A program made the position numbers and the translations under genes. From NCBI GenBank assembly GCA_049431025.1, contig JBMTCP010000004.1:17080-81079 (forward strand): DNA of 64,000 nucleotides, in the 5' to 3' direction. Source of the DNA: Bacteroidia bacterium (GTDB lineage: Bacteria > Bacteroidota > Bacteroidia > UBA7662). Below, piece after piece: positions 30,925 through 40,361 of this stretch (position 1 is its first letter; every line of letters begins with the position of its first letter). The notes beneath the pieces are model-generated. The model did not search any database. It was not told where the DNA came from and was given only the letters and a program-made list of their open reading frames with translations.

Positions 30925-32435
30925 CGAGGGGTGGATTGAGTAGATCTTCGCCGTGTGGAGGTGCCTTTGGTAACCCGATCTGCGGTTGAAGTGGAAAGCG
31001 AGCGCAAAAATGCGTACAAAAGGCGAACCCCGTGTCCGGTACCGTGTTTGCCACGGTATCCGCTCTCGCTATCCAGAAAGGCTGGTCCGGCTATGTCCAA
31101 ATGTACCCATGGGTAGTCGGTAAAATGTTCCAAAAATTTTGCCGCTGTGATGGCACCTGCTTCACGTCCGCCAATATTCTTGAGGTCGGCCACCGGTGTT
31201 TTGATCATTTCCCCGTATTCATCCCACAAAGGAAAGGGTACCAAGCGCTCGTAGGTGGACAAACCGGCTTCCAGCAAACCTTGAATCTGCTCGGTCTGGG
31301 CCGTTCCCATACAGGGTGTTCCCTGGCTGCCCAAGGCCATGACGGCAGAACCGGTTAAGGTCGCCAAATCCACCACCAAGGAGGGTCGATAACGCTTGGC
31401 AATGTGCAAGGCATCGGCCAAAATAAGCCGACCTTCTGCATCGGTATTCAAAACCTCCACGGTGGTCCCGTCCGAAATCCGAATCACATCGCCGGGTGCA
31501 TAGGCATCACCTCCGGGTCGGTTATCCGTTGCCGGTACCAAAGCCACCACATGGAGGGGCAACCCATTGGATGCAACCGCCTGCATAACCGCTCCAACAG
31601 CAGCTGCGCCGGCCATATCGCATTTCATGGAATCCATGCTGCCGGGGGTAGGTTTGAGACTAAGACCACCGGTATCGTAGACCACCCCTTTACCAACCAA
31701 AACGATCGGCGCGGCATTCACCGCTTTGGGATGGCGGTATTCCATCACCGTAAACGTCGGGGGACTAAGCGACCCACGGTTGACGGCCAACAGACCACCC
31801 AAGCCTTCCTTGCGAATTCGGGATTCGTTCCACACCGTTACTTTGAAACCAAATTGTCGCCCGGATTGTCGAAAAGCCTCGGCCAATTCAACGGCACCCA
31901 GATCCGATTGGGGCAGATTAACCCAATCCCTTGCAACAAATACGGCTTTGCAGATTTCCAGGATTTCTTGTACTTGATTTTTGGCTAGCCCCTCGGCGTG
32001 AATCTTGAGTGGTGAGGGCCAACCTTCTTTGGGCGCTTTGCGGTAACGGTCAAAACGATACGAAGCCAGAATTAAACCTTCGAGCAAGGCAAGGTGGGAA
32101 GCATGATCGGTATCGGTCCATGTTTTGATGCCTTGAATACGATGGGACCGACAAAGGCGCTCCAATCGGTATCCGGCCATCCGAAGTGCTTCCAAACGTC
32201 GATAAGGAGCATCAATTCCGTACTGGTTTTTTTGGTCTTGGAGCACATACACCCATACGGCTTCGGGAGCCAAGGCAACTTGAATCCATTCGCCTTGGGC
32301 GTACTTGGTATGTTCCAACACAGAACGCCAAGCCGAAGGGGCAGATTTACGCAATGCAGCTACACTTTCGTAAACCATCGCTGCAGAACTGCCTGGAATC
32401 GGTTTATTAAAGAGAAAATCGGGTATCATGACCAT
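30921..32435 (-). CDS. pepA: Leucyl aminopeptidase (M17 family)
   Basis: NTDAEGRLILADAL M17 signature; stop/start overlap with pdxA. Confidence 0.85.
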   Translation of the reverse strand: MVMIPDFLFNKPIPGSSAAMVYESVAALRKSAPSAWRSVLEHTKYAQGEWIQVALAPEAVWVYVLQDQKNQYGIDAPYRRLEALRMAGYRLERLCRSHRIQGIKTWTDTDHASHLALLEGLILASYRFDRYRKAPKEGWPSPLKIHAEGLAKNQVQEILEICKAVFVARDWVNLPQSDLGAVELAEAFRQSGRQFGFKVTVWNESRIRKEGLGGLLAVNRGSLSPPTFTVMEYRHPKAVNAAPIVLVGKGVVYDTGGLSLKPTPGSMDSMKCDMAGAAAVGAVMQAVASNGLPLHVVALVPATDNRPGGDAYAPGDVIRISDGTTVEVLNTDAEGRLILADALHIAKRYRPSLVVDLATLTGSAVMALGSQGTPCMGTAQTEQIQGLLEAGLSTYERLVPFPLWDEYGEMIKTPVADLKNIGGREAGAITAAKFLEHFTDYPWVHLDIAGPAFLDSESGYRGKHGTGHGVRLLYAFLRSLSTSTADRVTKGTSTRRRSTQSTPR

Positions 32436-32444
32436 TATTATTTT

Positions 32445-33233
32445 TTAGGTACCTAGCCACTTTTCGAGTAGAAAACCAGCGACAAAAGAGAGGGCGGAAG
32501 CCATAGAACCCAATACCAAGGTTTCCAGCATGCTACGCCAAGGCGCAAGGGCAGTCACCCGGCTTTTGAGCCAACCAATACCCAAAAACCCAGCAGAGGT
32601 CAGGGCGGTAGCAATCCAAAAAAGGTTTAAGGAGGCCGGTTGATGAAGTTGACTTGGATTCCACAAGGCCTGAAGCACGAAGGTGAGCAAAGGAACGGTA
32701 CCCACCACCACAAAGGAACTAAAGGTGGCCAAACCACACGCCATAGGCGAACGGTCATCTTCTACCATTTCCAACTCTTCCTTCATCATGACTTCAATCC
32801 AACGCTCTTTGTCCGCCGTGATGGTCTCCACCACCCTTTCCAGAAGCTCCCCATGGAATCCTTTGGCTTGGTAAATTTCGCGAATTTCTTCCCTTTCCTT
32901 CTCGGGTAGGTGATCCACCTCCCACGCTTCGACCGCACGCTGTTTTCGGTAATGATCCCTTTCGGTTTTCTTGCTGAGGTAGGCCCCCACACTCATGGCA
33001 AAACCATCCGCAATGAGGTTGGCCAAACCCAGAATAAGGATGACTGCCGTGGATAAGCCGGCACCAGCCGCAGCCGAAACGACCGCAAACGTGGTGACCG
33101 AACCATCAATTCCGCCATAGACCAATTCGCCCATATAACGGGATAAAGAGGAAGGCATTCCCAAATCGGAACGATGCAAGGCCGATTCGTGATGATGGGG
33201 TTGTGGGCCACCGGCTGGACTTCTTTCACTCAT
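32445..33233 (-). CDS. VIT1/CCC1-family iron/manganese transporter
   Basis: ELVYGGIDGSVTTFAVVSAAAG motif and C-terminal TM cluster. Confidence 0.7.
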   Translation of the reverse strand: MSERSPAGGPQPHHHESALHRSDLGMPSSLSRYMGELVYGGIDGSVTTFAVVSAAAGAGLSTAVILILGLANLIADGFAMSVGAYLSKKTERDHYRKQRAVEAWEVDHLPEKEREEIREIYQAKGFHGELLERVVETITADKERWIEVMMKEELEMVEDDRSPMACGLATFSSFVVVGTVPLLTFVLQALWNPSQLHQPASLNLFWIATALTSAGFLGIGWLKSRVTALAPWRSMLETLVLGSMASALSFVAGFLLEKWLGT

Positions 33234-33305
33234 GTTTCAAAGATACCGACGGGCCCTCGCCAAAATCCCTATTTTTGGAACTCAACCATCTTTCAATGAA
33301 CTCCT

Positions 33306-33686
33306 ATGACCGTAGCAATTGATTTTGATGGCGTCTTGCACCTCTACAGCCAAGGCTGGCAAGAAGGCCGTATTTATGACCCCCCTGTACCCGGTAGCCG
33401 TGAAGCATTAACGGCGATGAAATCACAGGGCTGGAAAATTTATATCTATTCCACACGCAGTAACAAACTTTACCACAAAGACCAAACCAAAGACCAAGAA
33501 AACGCCATGAAGGCTTGGCTGGACGAACACGGCATTCCCTACGATCGCATTTGGGGTTTTGGCAAACCCCTGGCTGAATTGTACATCGATGATAGGGCCC
33601 TCACCTTCAAGGGAAATTGGGAAGAAACCCTTCGTGATGCCCGAAACTTTACGCCCTGGAATCGACCTCCAAGATCAACCCTCTAA
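33306..33686 (+). CDS. Small HAD-like hypothetical protein (DxDG motif I only)
   Basis: MTVAIDFDGVLHLY... resembles HAD motif I; 126 aa; lone plus-strand gene inside a long minus-strand run. Confidence 0.45.
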   Translation: MTVAIDFDGVLHLYSQGWQEGRIYDPPVPGSREALTAMKSQGWKIYIYSTRSNKLYHKDQTKDQENAMKAWLDEHGIPYDRIWGFGKPLAELYIDDRALTFKGNWEETLRDARNFTPWNRPPRSTL

Positions 33687-36181
33687 AAATCCACAATAAC
33701 TCCTATGGTGGGTAACAATTGGCCCGCCGTATTGGGAATGGTGGATGCCTGGTAACGGGATGGATCGTTGGGATCGCTAATCAAAGCTCCGGTTGCGCGA
33801 TCCCGATCGGCAACCAAAAAGGCTGGACCTTGGGTTTGTTGATTGAGCAAATTTTGGATATCCAAGTACAAGTTCAAGGCCCAACCCTTAAAATCCCATT
33901 TACGGTCTACGCGAACATCCAATTGCATGGTTGCTCCGCTACGGTTCGCATTGAGTCGCGAATAATCCAAGAAAGGACGACCAAATTGGTCCCAAACGGC
34001 TTTACGCAAAGAACTGGAATCGAAGGGTGTGAAGGGAGGTGCACCGACGTAACGGTAACGCAAGCCCATTTCCCAATTTTTGGCAAATATTTTACCGCCC
34101 GTTAAGGTCAGTAGCCACCGATTATCCCAGGCAGAAGGGGTAGGCTCGGTGGGTAAACCCGTTGTAATCCGGTTATCAAACAAAGATCGCACCCATGTTA
34201 AGGCCATGATACCATAAAATCCCTTGTTTAGCTTTTGTTGCAACAACAATTCCATACCGTAGGTTTTGCCTGTACCCACAGACAAGGCCGGTTCGTTACC
34301 AATTATCCCAAAATCTGCACCCAAATTGGCGAGACTAATCCCACGATCCTGAAGGACCGGCACCCCGGAATACTGTTTGTAAAACGATTCCAAGGTTGCC
34401 CTAAAGGTTTTTCCTCCAAAATACTCCACCCCGGCAACCCAATGATCACTACGCATGTACGTCAAACCATTTTGGCGATTGACTAATTCTCCATCGGTAG
34501 ATTTTTTGAAACCCAGGAGGGTATAAGCTGGTAATTGATAGTAAATCCCTGTATTGGCGTTGAAGGTCCAACGAGGCGCAAAATTATACGATAGAGAAAG
34601 GCGCGGGGACCACTGTTCCCAGAGCTTGGAGGTTGATGTCGCCCAATCGCAGGCATCCAAACGCATCCCCGCGCTGGTAACCAATAAATTACCAAAATAA
34701 GAGCGAGATACTTGCCCAAAGATCCCCATCCGGTTAAAGCGCAATTCGGACTCAAAATTCCTCGTAACCAATTGGACGCCAGCAGGACCAGCGTTGGTAT
34801 CGGCCACCAATTCACGGGATTCGTTTCGAACGGCGTACCGACTTCGCTCCAAACTTAGACCGTAGGATATTTTGTAACCGGATTGGCTTCGCAACTGGTG
34901 CTCAAAGCGGAATCGGTTATCGCTCTCTTGTGATAAGTAGTCTTGTAGCCTTATACTGTCGGTGTTATTGTTAAGATGTTTGTACTGAACATTGTTAAGC
35001 ATATTTCGGCTAAGTACAAAAGTCATCACGCCAGACTTCGCAAAATGCTTATACACCAAGCCGTTGGTGTAATTCCATTGGGTCGTGACGGGTAAATACC
35101 CCAAAATATACCGTTGCTGATCCACCAATTCGGTGTCCACTTTGGGGTTTAGGGCCGGATCGTAACTTAAGTTGAGCGACGTATTTAGCTGAAATTGATC
35201 GATGGCCCCCAAACCCACGAAATACAACTCGTTACGGTCGTCGATACGATGCTTGATTTTGGCCTGAAAACCATTGAATGTTGGTAGAAAAGGTAAACCG
35301 ATGGCCGAAAACAAAAACTGCAAATAACTACGCCGTGCCGAAACGACATAGGATGTTTTTGGGCCAAGGGGCCCCTCCGCAATGAGTCCAATATCGCTGG
35401 CGCCTACGATGGATCGAAAGGCCGCTTTGTCGGTACGGGCATCCTTTTGGCGAAATTCAAAAACAGAACTCAACGCATTTCCACGGTTCGCGGGAAAGGC
35501 ACCGGAATAAAAATCCACCTCACGGATCATATCGACGTTGATGATCCCAACCGGTCCACCTGAACTCCCCTGGGTAGCAAAGTGGTTAATTACCGGGACC
35601 TCTACCCCATCCAGGAAAAAACGATTTTCGTTGGGCGCTCCGCCGCGGATTATGATATCGTTTCTAAAACTTACTCCGGAAGACACCCCTGGTAAGGATT
35701 GTATGGCTTTGGACAAATCCCGGTTACCCCCGGGGTTTCTTTGAATTTCGGCTACCCCGATATTACGCAGCGACAAAGGGCTTTCCTCGGTTCTCGAGAA
35801 AGCATCAGCCTGCACCTCCACCGCTTGAAGGGACCGGCTATCGGCTTCCAATTCGACATCCAACAAGGCAACTCGGGCATCGCTAACCTGGATTTCAAAG
35901 AAGGTTTTGGTTTTGTAGCCCAAAAATGAAAACTTAACATTATAAAAACCGCGCTCCAATTGGTCCAAGGTGTATTGACCGTTTTCGTCGGTGGTGGTAC
36001 CACGCGTTGTTCCATCCAAGACGACGTTTGCAAAAGGCACAGGCTGTCCGTTCAATGCATCCCTAACCTTACCCGTGATCTTGCCTTTTTGGGCAAAGGC
36101 AGGATGGATAGTAAAGGAAAAAAGTGCCCATACCAAGATTCCCAAGGCAAGGGTGTTGAATCGAATACGTAGGTGGTTCAA
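33683..36181 (-). CDS. TonB-dependent outer-membrane receptor with N-terminal carboxypeptidase-regulatory-like domain
   Basis: Signal peptide, CarbopepD_reg-like GKITGKVRD...GQYTL, plug and 22-strand barrel length (832 aa), C-terminal ...IGVIVDF. Confidence 0.85.
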   Translation of the reverse strand: MNHLRIRFNTLALGILVWALFSFTIHPAFAQKGKITGKVRDALNGQPVPFANVVLDGTTRGTTTDENGQYTLDQLERGFYNVKFSFLGYKTKTFFEIQVSDARVALLDVELEADSRSLQAVEVQADAFSRTEESPLSLRNIGVAEIQRNPGGNRDLSKAIQSLPGVSSGVSFRNDIIIRGGAPNENRFFLDGVEVPVINHFATQGSSGGPVGIINVDMIREVDFYSGAFPANRGNALSSVFEFRQKDARTDKAAFRSIVGASDIGLIAEGPLGPKTSYVVSARRSYLQFLFSAIGLPFLPTFNGFQAKIKHRIDDRNELYFVGLGAIDQFQLNTSLNLSYDPALNPKVDTELVDQQRYILGYLPVTTQWNYTNGLVYKHFAKSGVMTFVLSRNMLNNVQYKHLNNNTDSIRLQDYLSQESDNRFRFEHQLRSQSGYKISYGLSLERSRYAVRNESRELVADTNAGPAGVQLVTRNFESELRFNRMGIFGQVSRSYFGNLLVTSAGMRLDACDWATSTSKLWEQWSPRLSLSYNFAPRWTFNANTGIYYQLPAYTLLGFKKSTDGELVNRQNGLTYMRSDHWVAGVEYFGGKTFRATLESFYKQYSGVPVLQDRGISLANLGADFGIIGNEPALSVGTGKTYGMELLLQQKLNKGFYGIMALTWVRSLFDNRITTGLPTEPTPSAWDNRWLLTLTGGKIFAKNWEMGLRYRYVGAPPFTPFDSSSLRKAVWDQFGRPFLDYSRLNANRSGATMQLDVRVDRKWDFKGWALNLYLDIQNLLNQQTQGPAFLVADRDRATGALISDPNDPSRYQASTIPNTAGQLLPTIGVIVDF

Positions 36182-36201
36182 AGTTATTGGGGGTTAGTAA
36201 A

Positions 36202-37005
36202 TTATTTAGTTCGGTAAAGTTGCCACCAGGGTATGCCCGGGGCTTCGTGATGTTCCCAATGGTACCCGAAAAAGTAACACGTTAACATCGCCCAAACATG
36301 GTTGGTGGCCAAGCTTCGTGAGCGGTGTTCGTTGTTGGGTACTGAACCGGATTCCTCATCGCTGAAATGGGGTCGGAATGTTCCAAAATAAAAAAGTTGG
36401 AACAGGGCCAAAACAGAAGGAATTATATAAAACTGCACCATGGAGGCCGGATCAACCCCGATGTATTTAAAAATGTTAAAAACAATAGCACAGGCCAGAA
36501 TTTGGGTCCAGTGCACGTAATGGCGAATAAATTTCCAAAACCAAGGAAAGAAACGAGGCGGTCCAAAATCAGGATCCTCATCCGTACCAACAAATCGATG
36601 GTGACGGTGATGTTCAGGCAACATACGGTTCCACGAATTAAAGGCAAAGGCCCCCAAGCACAAGAAGCCTACCCAACGATTAACCCAAGGACGATGGCTC
36701 ACCGTACCGTGCATGGCATCGTGAGCGGTAATAAATAGTCCTGTGAAGGCGTAGGTTTGAACTGCGATTAAAGCCCAAAGAAGGGGATCTTGCCATACCC
36801 AAGAGCGTTGACAGCCCCAAACCAAGAGGCTGGTCCACGCGGTCATAATCAAGAGCGCAAAGCCTATTCCCCATCCTTGACGGATTCTAGCGTTGGTTAA
36901 GGCTCTAAACTCCGGCTGATTCCCTTTAAAGTCCGCTGCGTTCAAGGTTTTTCGATTAGACGACGAAGCTTGGATGAACTTGGGGCGGTCCAGGGTGAAA
37001 ACCAA
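36202..37005 (-). CDS. crtW: Beta-carotene ketolase (CrtW)-like membrane di-iron oxygenase / fatty-acid desaturase superfamily; start uncertain (37005 or internal Met ~36850)
   Basis: Three His boxes HDAMHG, HHRHHR, HWEHHE with CrtW-like spacing and size. Confidence 0.65.
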   Translation of the reverse strand: MVFTLDRPKFIQASSSNRKTLNAADFKGNQPEFRALTNARIRQGWGIGFALLIMTAWTSLLVWGCQRSWVWQDPLLWALIAVQTYAFTGLFITAHDAMHGTVSHRPWVNRWVGFLCLGAFAFNSWNRMLPEHHRHHRFVGTDEDPDFGPPRFFPWFWKFIRHYVHWTQILACAIVFNIFKYIGVDPASMVQFYIIPSVLALFQLFYFGTFRPHFSDEESGSVPNNEHRSRSLATNHVWAMLTCYFFGYHWEHHEAPGIPWWQLYRTK

Positions 37006-37550
37006 TCAACTAATCGACCCTGCTCGTCCACCAGGTATTTTTGGTAATTCCATAAAATTCGGGAGGAAAATGAACCGTTGAGGCTCTTGGAGGTCAACCA
37101 TCGAAGTACGGGATCTTTGGCAGGACCCTTTAACGTTCCTTTGGCCAGTATCAAAAACTCAACTCCGTAATTGCGCTGACAATGTTCAGCGATTTTGGAA
37201 CCACTCAAAGGCTCTTGCCCCAAGAAATCGCTGGTGGGAATACCCACCACCACCAACCGGTCCGCGTACCGGTTTTGAAGCTCCTGCAATTCCTTTAACT
37301 GAGGAGCCAAACCGCAACCGGTGGCCGTGTTAACCAACAAAACCATGCGTCCACGAAAGCCCGAAAACAGAACCTCCTGGCCATTGATATCCTTGACTTT
37401 TAAATCATAGAAATTCATAACCTGGGATTGAGGAGGTCCGGCCAAAACACCATTCCAGTACAAAAGCCCCCAAACTACAGCAGGGACCGAAACAAATAGT
37501 AAAAGCGACCATCTTTGCCAAGGTTTTGACCCTAATCCCCATAACTTCAT
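36942..37550 (-). CDS. Glutathione peroxidase family protein
   Basis: GRMVLLVNTATGCGLAPQLKELQELQNRYADRLVVVGIPTSDFLGQEP matches GPx fold (VNVASxCG...QEP); start at internal Met MKLWGLG with hydrophobic leader. Confidence 0.75.
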   Translation of the reverse strand: MKLWGLGSKPWQRWSLLLFVSVPAVVWGLLYWNGVLAGPPQSQVMNFYDLKVKDINGQEVLFSGFRGRMVLLVNTATGCGLAPQLKELQELQNRYADRLVVVGIPTSDFLGQEPLSGSKIAEHCQRNYGVEFLILAKGTLKGPAKDPVLRWLTSKSLNGSFSSRILWNYQKYLVDEQGRLVDWFSPWTAPSSSKLRRLIEKP

Positions 37551-37580
37551 CTTTATAAAACAACCCAAAACCTTGCTTTG

Positions 37581-37612
37581 TTTGCTCCCCAAGGCCAAGA
37601 ACACTAAATTTG
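37581..37612 (+). promoter_or_regulatory. Bacteroidota-type promoter (-33 TTTG 37581-37584, 20-nt spacer, -7 TAAATTTG 37605-37612) for mtgA; implies near-leaderless mRNA
   Basis: Consensus match TTTG-N20-TAnnTTTG 4 nt before ATG 37617. Confidence 0.3.
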
Positions 37613-37616
37613 AAAC

Positions 37617-38327
37617 ATGCTCCGGTATTTCCTTCGTTTCCTCTGGATTTTCGTGGCGGTTACGTTGGGGTTGACACTGGTTTACCGTTGGGTACCTGTG
37701 CCCTTTACACCTTTGATGGTTATTCGATGGTTCGAGCACCCTCAACCCGGCCAAATCCACCGATGGAACCGAGATTGGGTCCCCCTGGATCAAATTTCAC
37801 CCCATGTGGTTCAGGCATCCGTCGCAGCGGAAGATCAGCACTTCATGAAACACCACGGGTTTGATCTGGACGCAATCCAAAAAGCTTATCAACGAAACCA
37901 AAACGGGACTCGTCGAAAATTAGGGGGTTCAACCATTTCACAACAAACGGCCAAGAATGTTTACTTATGGCCTGCCCGTAATTATTTACGCAAAGGGCTT
38001 GAAGTCTATTTCACCGTTTGCATCGAATTGCTGTGGCCCAAAAAGAGAATTATGGAGGTTTACCTCAACAGCATCGAAATGGGACCGGGGATATATGGAG
38101 CCGAAGCTGCAGCTCAACATTATTTTCGAAAATCAGCCCTTAAACTCACCAAAAACGAAGCCGCCTTGATCGTGGCTGCGTTTCCCAACCCACGAGGACG
38201 CAATCCGGGACAGCCAACCCGTTACTTGCGAAAACGGGCCAACAAAATTCAAAAACTAATGCGTCAAATTGGTCCTGTGATCCTGGATCCAAAAGCAGTA
38301 TCCACCAAGACCCGTGAAAAAAATTGA
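37617..38327 (+). CDS. mtgA: Monofunctional biosynthetic peptidoglycan transglycosylase
   Basis: GT51 motifs AAEDQHFMKHHGFD, GGSTISQQTAKN; 236 aa with N-terminal TM. Confidence 0.85.
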   Translation: MLRYFLRFLWIFVAVTLGLTLVYRWVPVPFTPLMVIRWFEHPQPGQIHRWNRDWVPLDQISPHVVQASVAAEDQHFMKHHGFDLDAIQKAYQRNQNGTRRKLGGSTISQQTAKNVYLWPARNYLRKGLEVYFTVCIELLWPKKRIMEVYLNSIEMGPGIYGAEAAAQHYFRKSALKLTKNEAALIVAAFPNPRGRNPGQPTRYLRKRANKIQKLMRQIGPVILDPKAVSTKTREKN

Positions 38328-39393
38328 TCGGTATTTAGGGCGTATGTACCTAGCGAATTATGCCGGGGCATTGGCGGTTTTTATCCTTATCGCCATGGTC
38401 TTTGACCTGACCGAAAAGCTGGATGGTTTCTTGAAACACTCGCTCCATTTTGGCCAGGTATGGAGGGAATACTACCTCCATTTTATTCCTTACTACGCCA
38501 ATTTGCTCAGCCCCCTTTTTGTTTTTATCGCCGTAATTTTTACCGGAGCCCGGTTGGCTCAACGAAATGAAATCATCACCCTACTCAATGCAGGTTGGTC
38601 TTTTGGTCGTATTAGCCGACCCTTTCTGGGTGTGGCCTTCCTCATTGGCGGTCTGAATTATGCCTTAAGTAACTTTGTGTTACCACCATCCAACAGGGCG
38701 CGAATTCGCTTCGAAAGCCAATACTTCAGGGATCCGGGTTATAGCCAAACTCGGCACCGCCAATTGCAAACGGCACCGGGTATTTTGGTTTACTTGGAAT
38801 CCTATTCTCATAACGATAGCACCGGTTACCGCATGGCCATCGATCATTTTGCGGGTGGTCAATTGATTCGGCGGCGTAGTGCCGAACGTATTCGTTGGAA
38901 ATCCAAGGAGAAAGGTTGGGAATTGACCCAAGTCACCACAAAAACCTGGAAAAACAACGCCATGAAGGTGGTAAACAACGATAAAATATACCAAAAAACA
39001 GGCTTCACACCGGAAGATTTTGGCACATCCTTGGCAGCGGATGCGTTTTTATTGGACCGCAACGAGCTCTTGAACACCATCAAAGTTTTGGAACGCAAGG
39101 GCAGCGAGCCAACGGAGGCCTTTTGGGTGGAGCACTACTCCAGAGCAGCCATTCCATTCTCAGCTTTGATTTTTACCCTCATGGGCCTGAGTCTTGCCAC
39201 ACCCAAAAAACGAGGTGGAATGGGGCCTGCCCTTGGCTGGGGACTGGGTCTTTGTTTTGCGTTCATTGTTATGCAGAGGTTTAGCCTCACCTTTGCTGTT
39301 AAGGGGAATTTTCCGCCCTTGATTGCTGCTTGGACCCCTAACCTCCTGTTTGGGTTAGCAACCGCCTACCTCTACCGCAAAGCCCCACGCTAA
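38314..39393 (+). CDS. LptF/LptG (YjgP/YjgQ) family LPS export permease
   Basis: MKKIDRYLGRMYL... N-terminus, 6 TM with large periplasmic loop; 359 aa. Confidence 0.8.
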   Translation: MKKIDRYLGRMYLANYAGALAVFILIAMVFDLTEKLDGFLKHSLHFGQVWREYYLHFIPYYANLLSPLFVFIAVIFTGARLAQRNEIITLLNAGWSFGRISRPFLGVAFLIGGLNYALSNFVLPPSNRARIRFESQYFRDPGYSQTRHRQLQTAPGILVYLESYSHNDSTGYRMAIDHFAGGQLIRRRSAERIRWKSKEKGWELTQVTTKTWKNNAMKVVNNDKIYQKTGFTPEDFGTSLAADAFLLDRNELLNTIKVLERKGSEPTEAFWVEHYSRAAIPFSALIFTLMGLSLATPKKRGGMGPALGWGLGLCFAFIVMQRFSLTFAVKGNFPPLIAAWTPNLLFGLATAYLYRKAPR

Positions 39394-39410
39394 AGACCCA
39401 ATCTTCCATC

Positions 39411-40361
39411 GTGTTCAAGTCACTCGTCGCTTCCTTCACTGGTTCCCGTTGGAGGGAGCTTTTGGAAATGCATTTCATTGTCTTTATCTGGGGATTCACC
39501 GCAATCCTCGGAAAACTCATCCAAGTTGAGGCCTTGAACCTGGTTTGGAACCGAGTCGCCGTGACCGGTATATTCTTGGGGATTTGGGCAGCCTACCGAG
39601 GTGTACCCCTGAAAGCATCCCTACCAAGAATAGGAACCATGATGGCTACAGGGCTCATCATTGCAGCGCATTGGGTGACTTTTTATCATGCCATTCGGAT
39701 TTCCAATGTTTCGTTAACCTTGGCGGGTTTAGCGACCTCTTCGTTTTGGGCCAGCCTAATCAAAGCTCTCTATGCCAAACAGAAACCAGCCTTGCGAGAA
39801 GGCATCCTATCCTTGGTGGCCTTAGCAGCCATGCTCCTCCTAACCCGGGTTCAACAATTCCCGCCCTTGGCGTGGTGGACCGCCTGTACTTCGGCCTTTT
39901 TGGCGGCTTGGTTTGCGATCATCAACGGCCGCTTTACCCAAAAAGAGGAGCCGTTGAAGGTGGCGTTTTGGGAAATGTGGGGGGGATTGTTAGGCGTAAC
40001 AGGCTGGATGCTGTTGGAACTGGGATTTGGGCCTTTATTGCCGGGAACCCGGAACATCATAACATGGGATTGGCCGTGGACCTTACCCTCCTCTCAAGAT
40101 TGGTTTTGGCTGATATTACTCGCTTTGGTCTGTACTTGCTATCCTTTTGTGGCCAGTATCCGCCTTATGCGCCGAATCGATCCCTTCAGCTTTGTGTTAT
40201 CGGTTAATATGGAACCCGTTTATGGTATTTTTTTGGGCTGGCTTCTTTTCCGAAGCACCGAACAGATGTCCTTGGGGTTTTATGCAGGTACCTTACTTTT
40301 GATTGGCGCTGTAGGGGTAGACGCGTGGGCAACCAACTACCGAAAGCGTTTGGAACGCTGA
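39411..40361 (+). CDS. DMT-superfamily (EamA-like) membrane transporter
   Basis: ~10 TM, two-repeat hydrophobic architecture; no specific motif confirmed. Confidence 0.55.
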   Translation: MFKSLVASFTGSRWRELLEMHFIVFIWGFTAILGKLIQVEALNLVWNRVAVTGIFLGIWAAYRGVPLKASLPRIGTMMATGLIIAAHWVTFYHAIRISNVSLTLAGLATSSFWASLIKALYAKQKPALREGILSLVALAAMLLLTRVQQFPPLAWWTACTSAFLAAWFAIINGRFTQKEEPLKVAFWEMWGGLLGVTGWMLLELGFGPLLPGTRNIITWDWPWTLPSSQDWFWLILLALVCTCYPFVASIRLMRRIDPFSFVLSVNMEPVYGIFLGWLLFRSTEQMSLGFYAGTLLLIGAVGVDAWATNYRKRLER

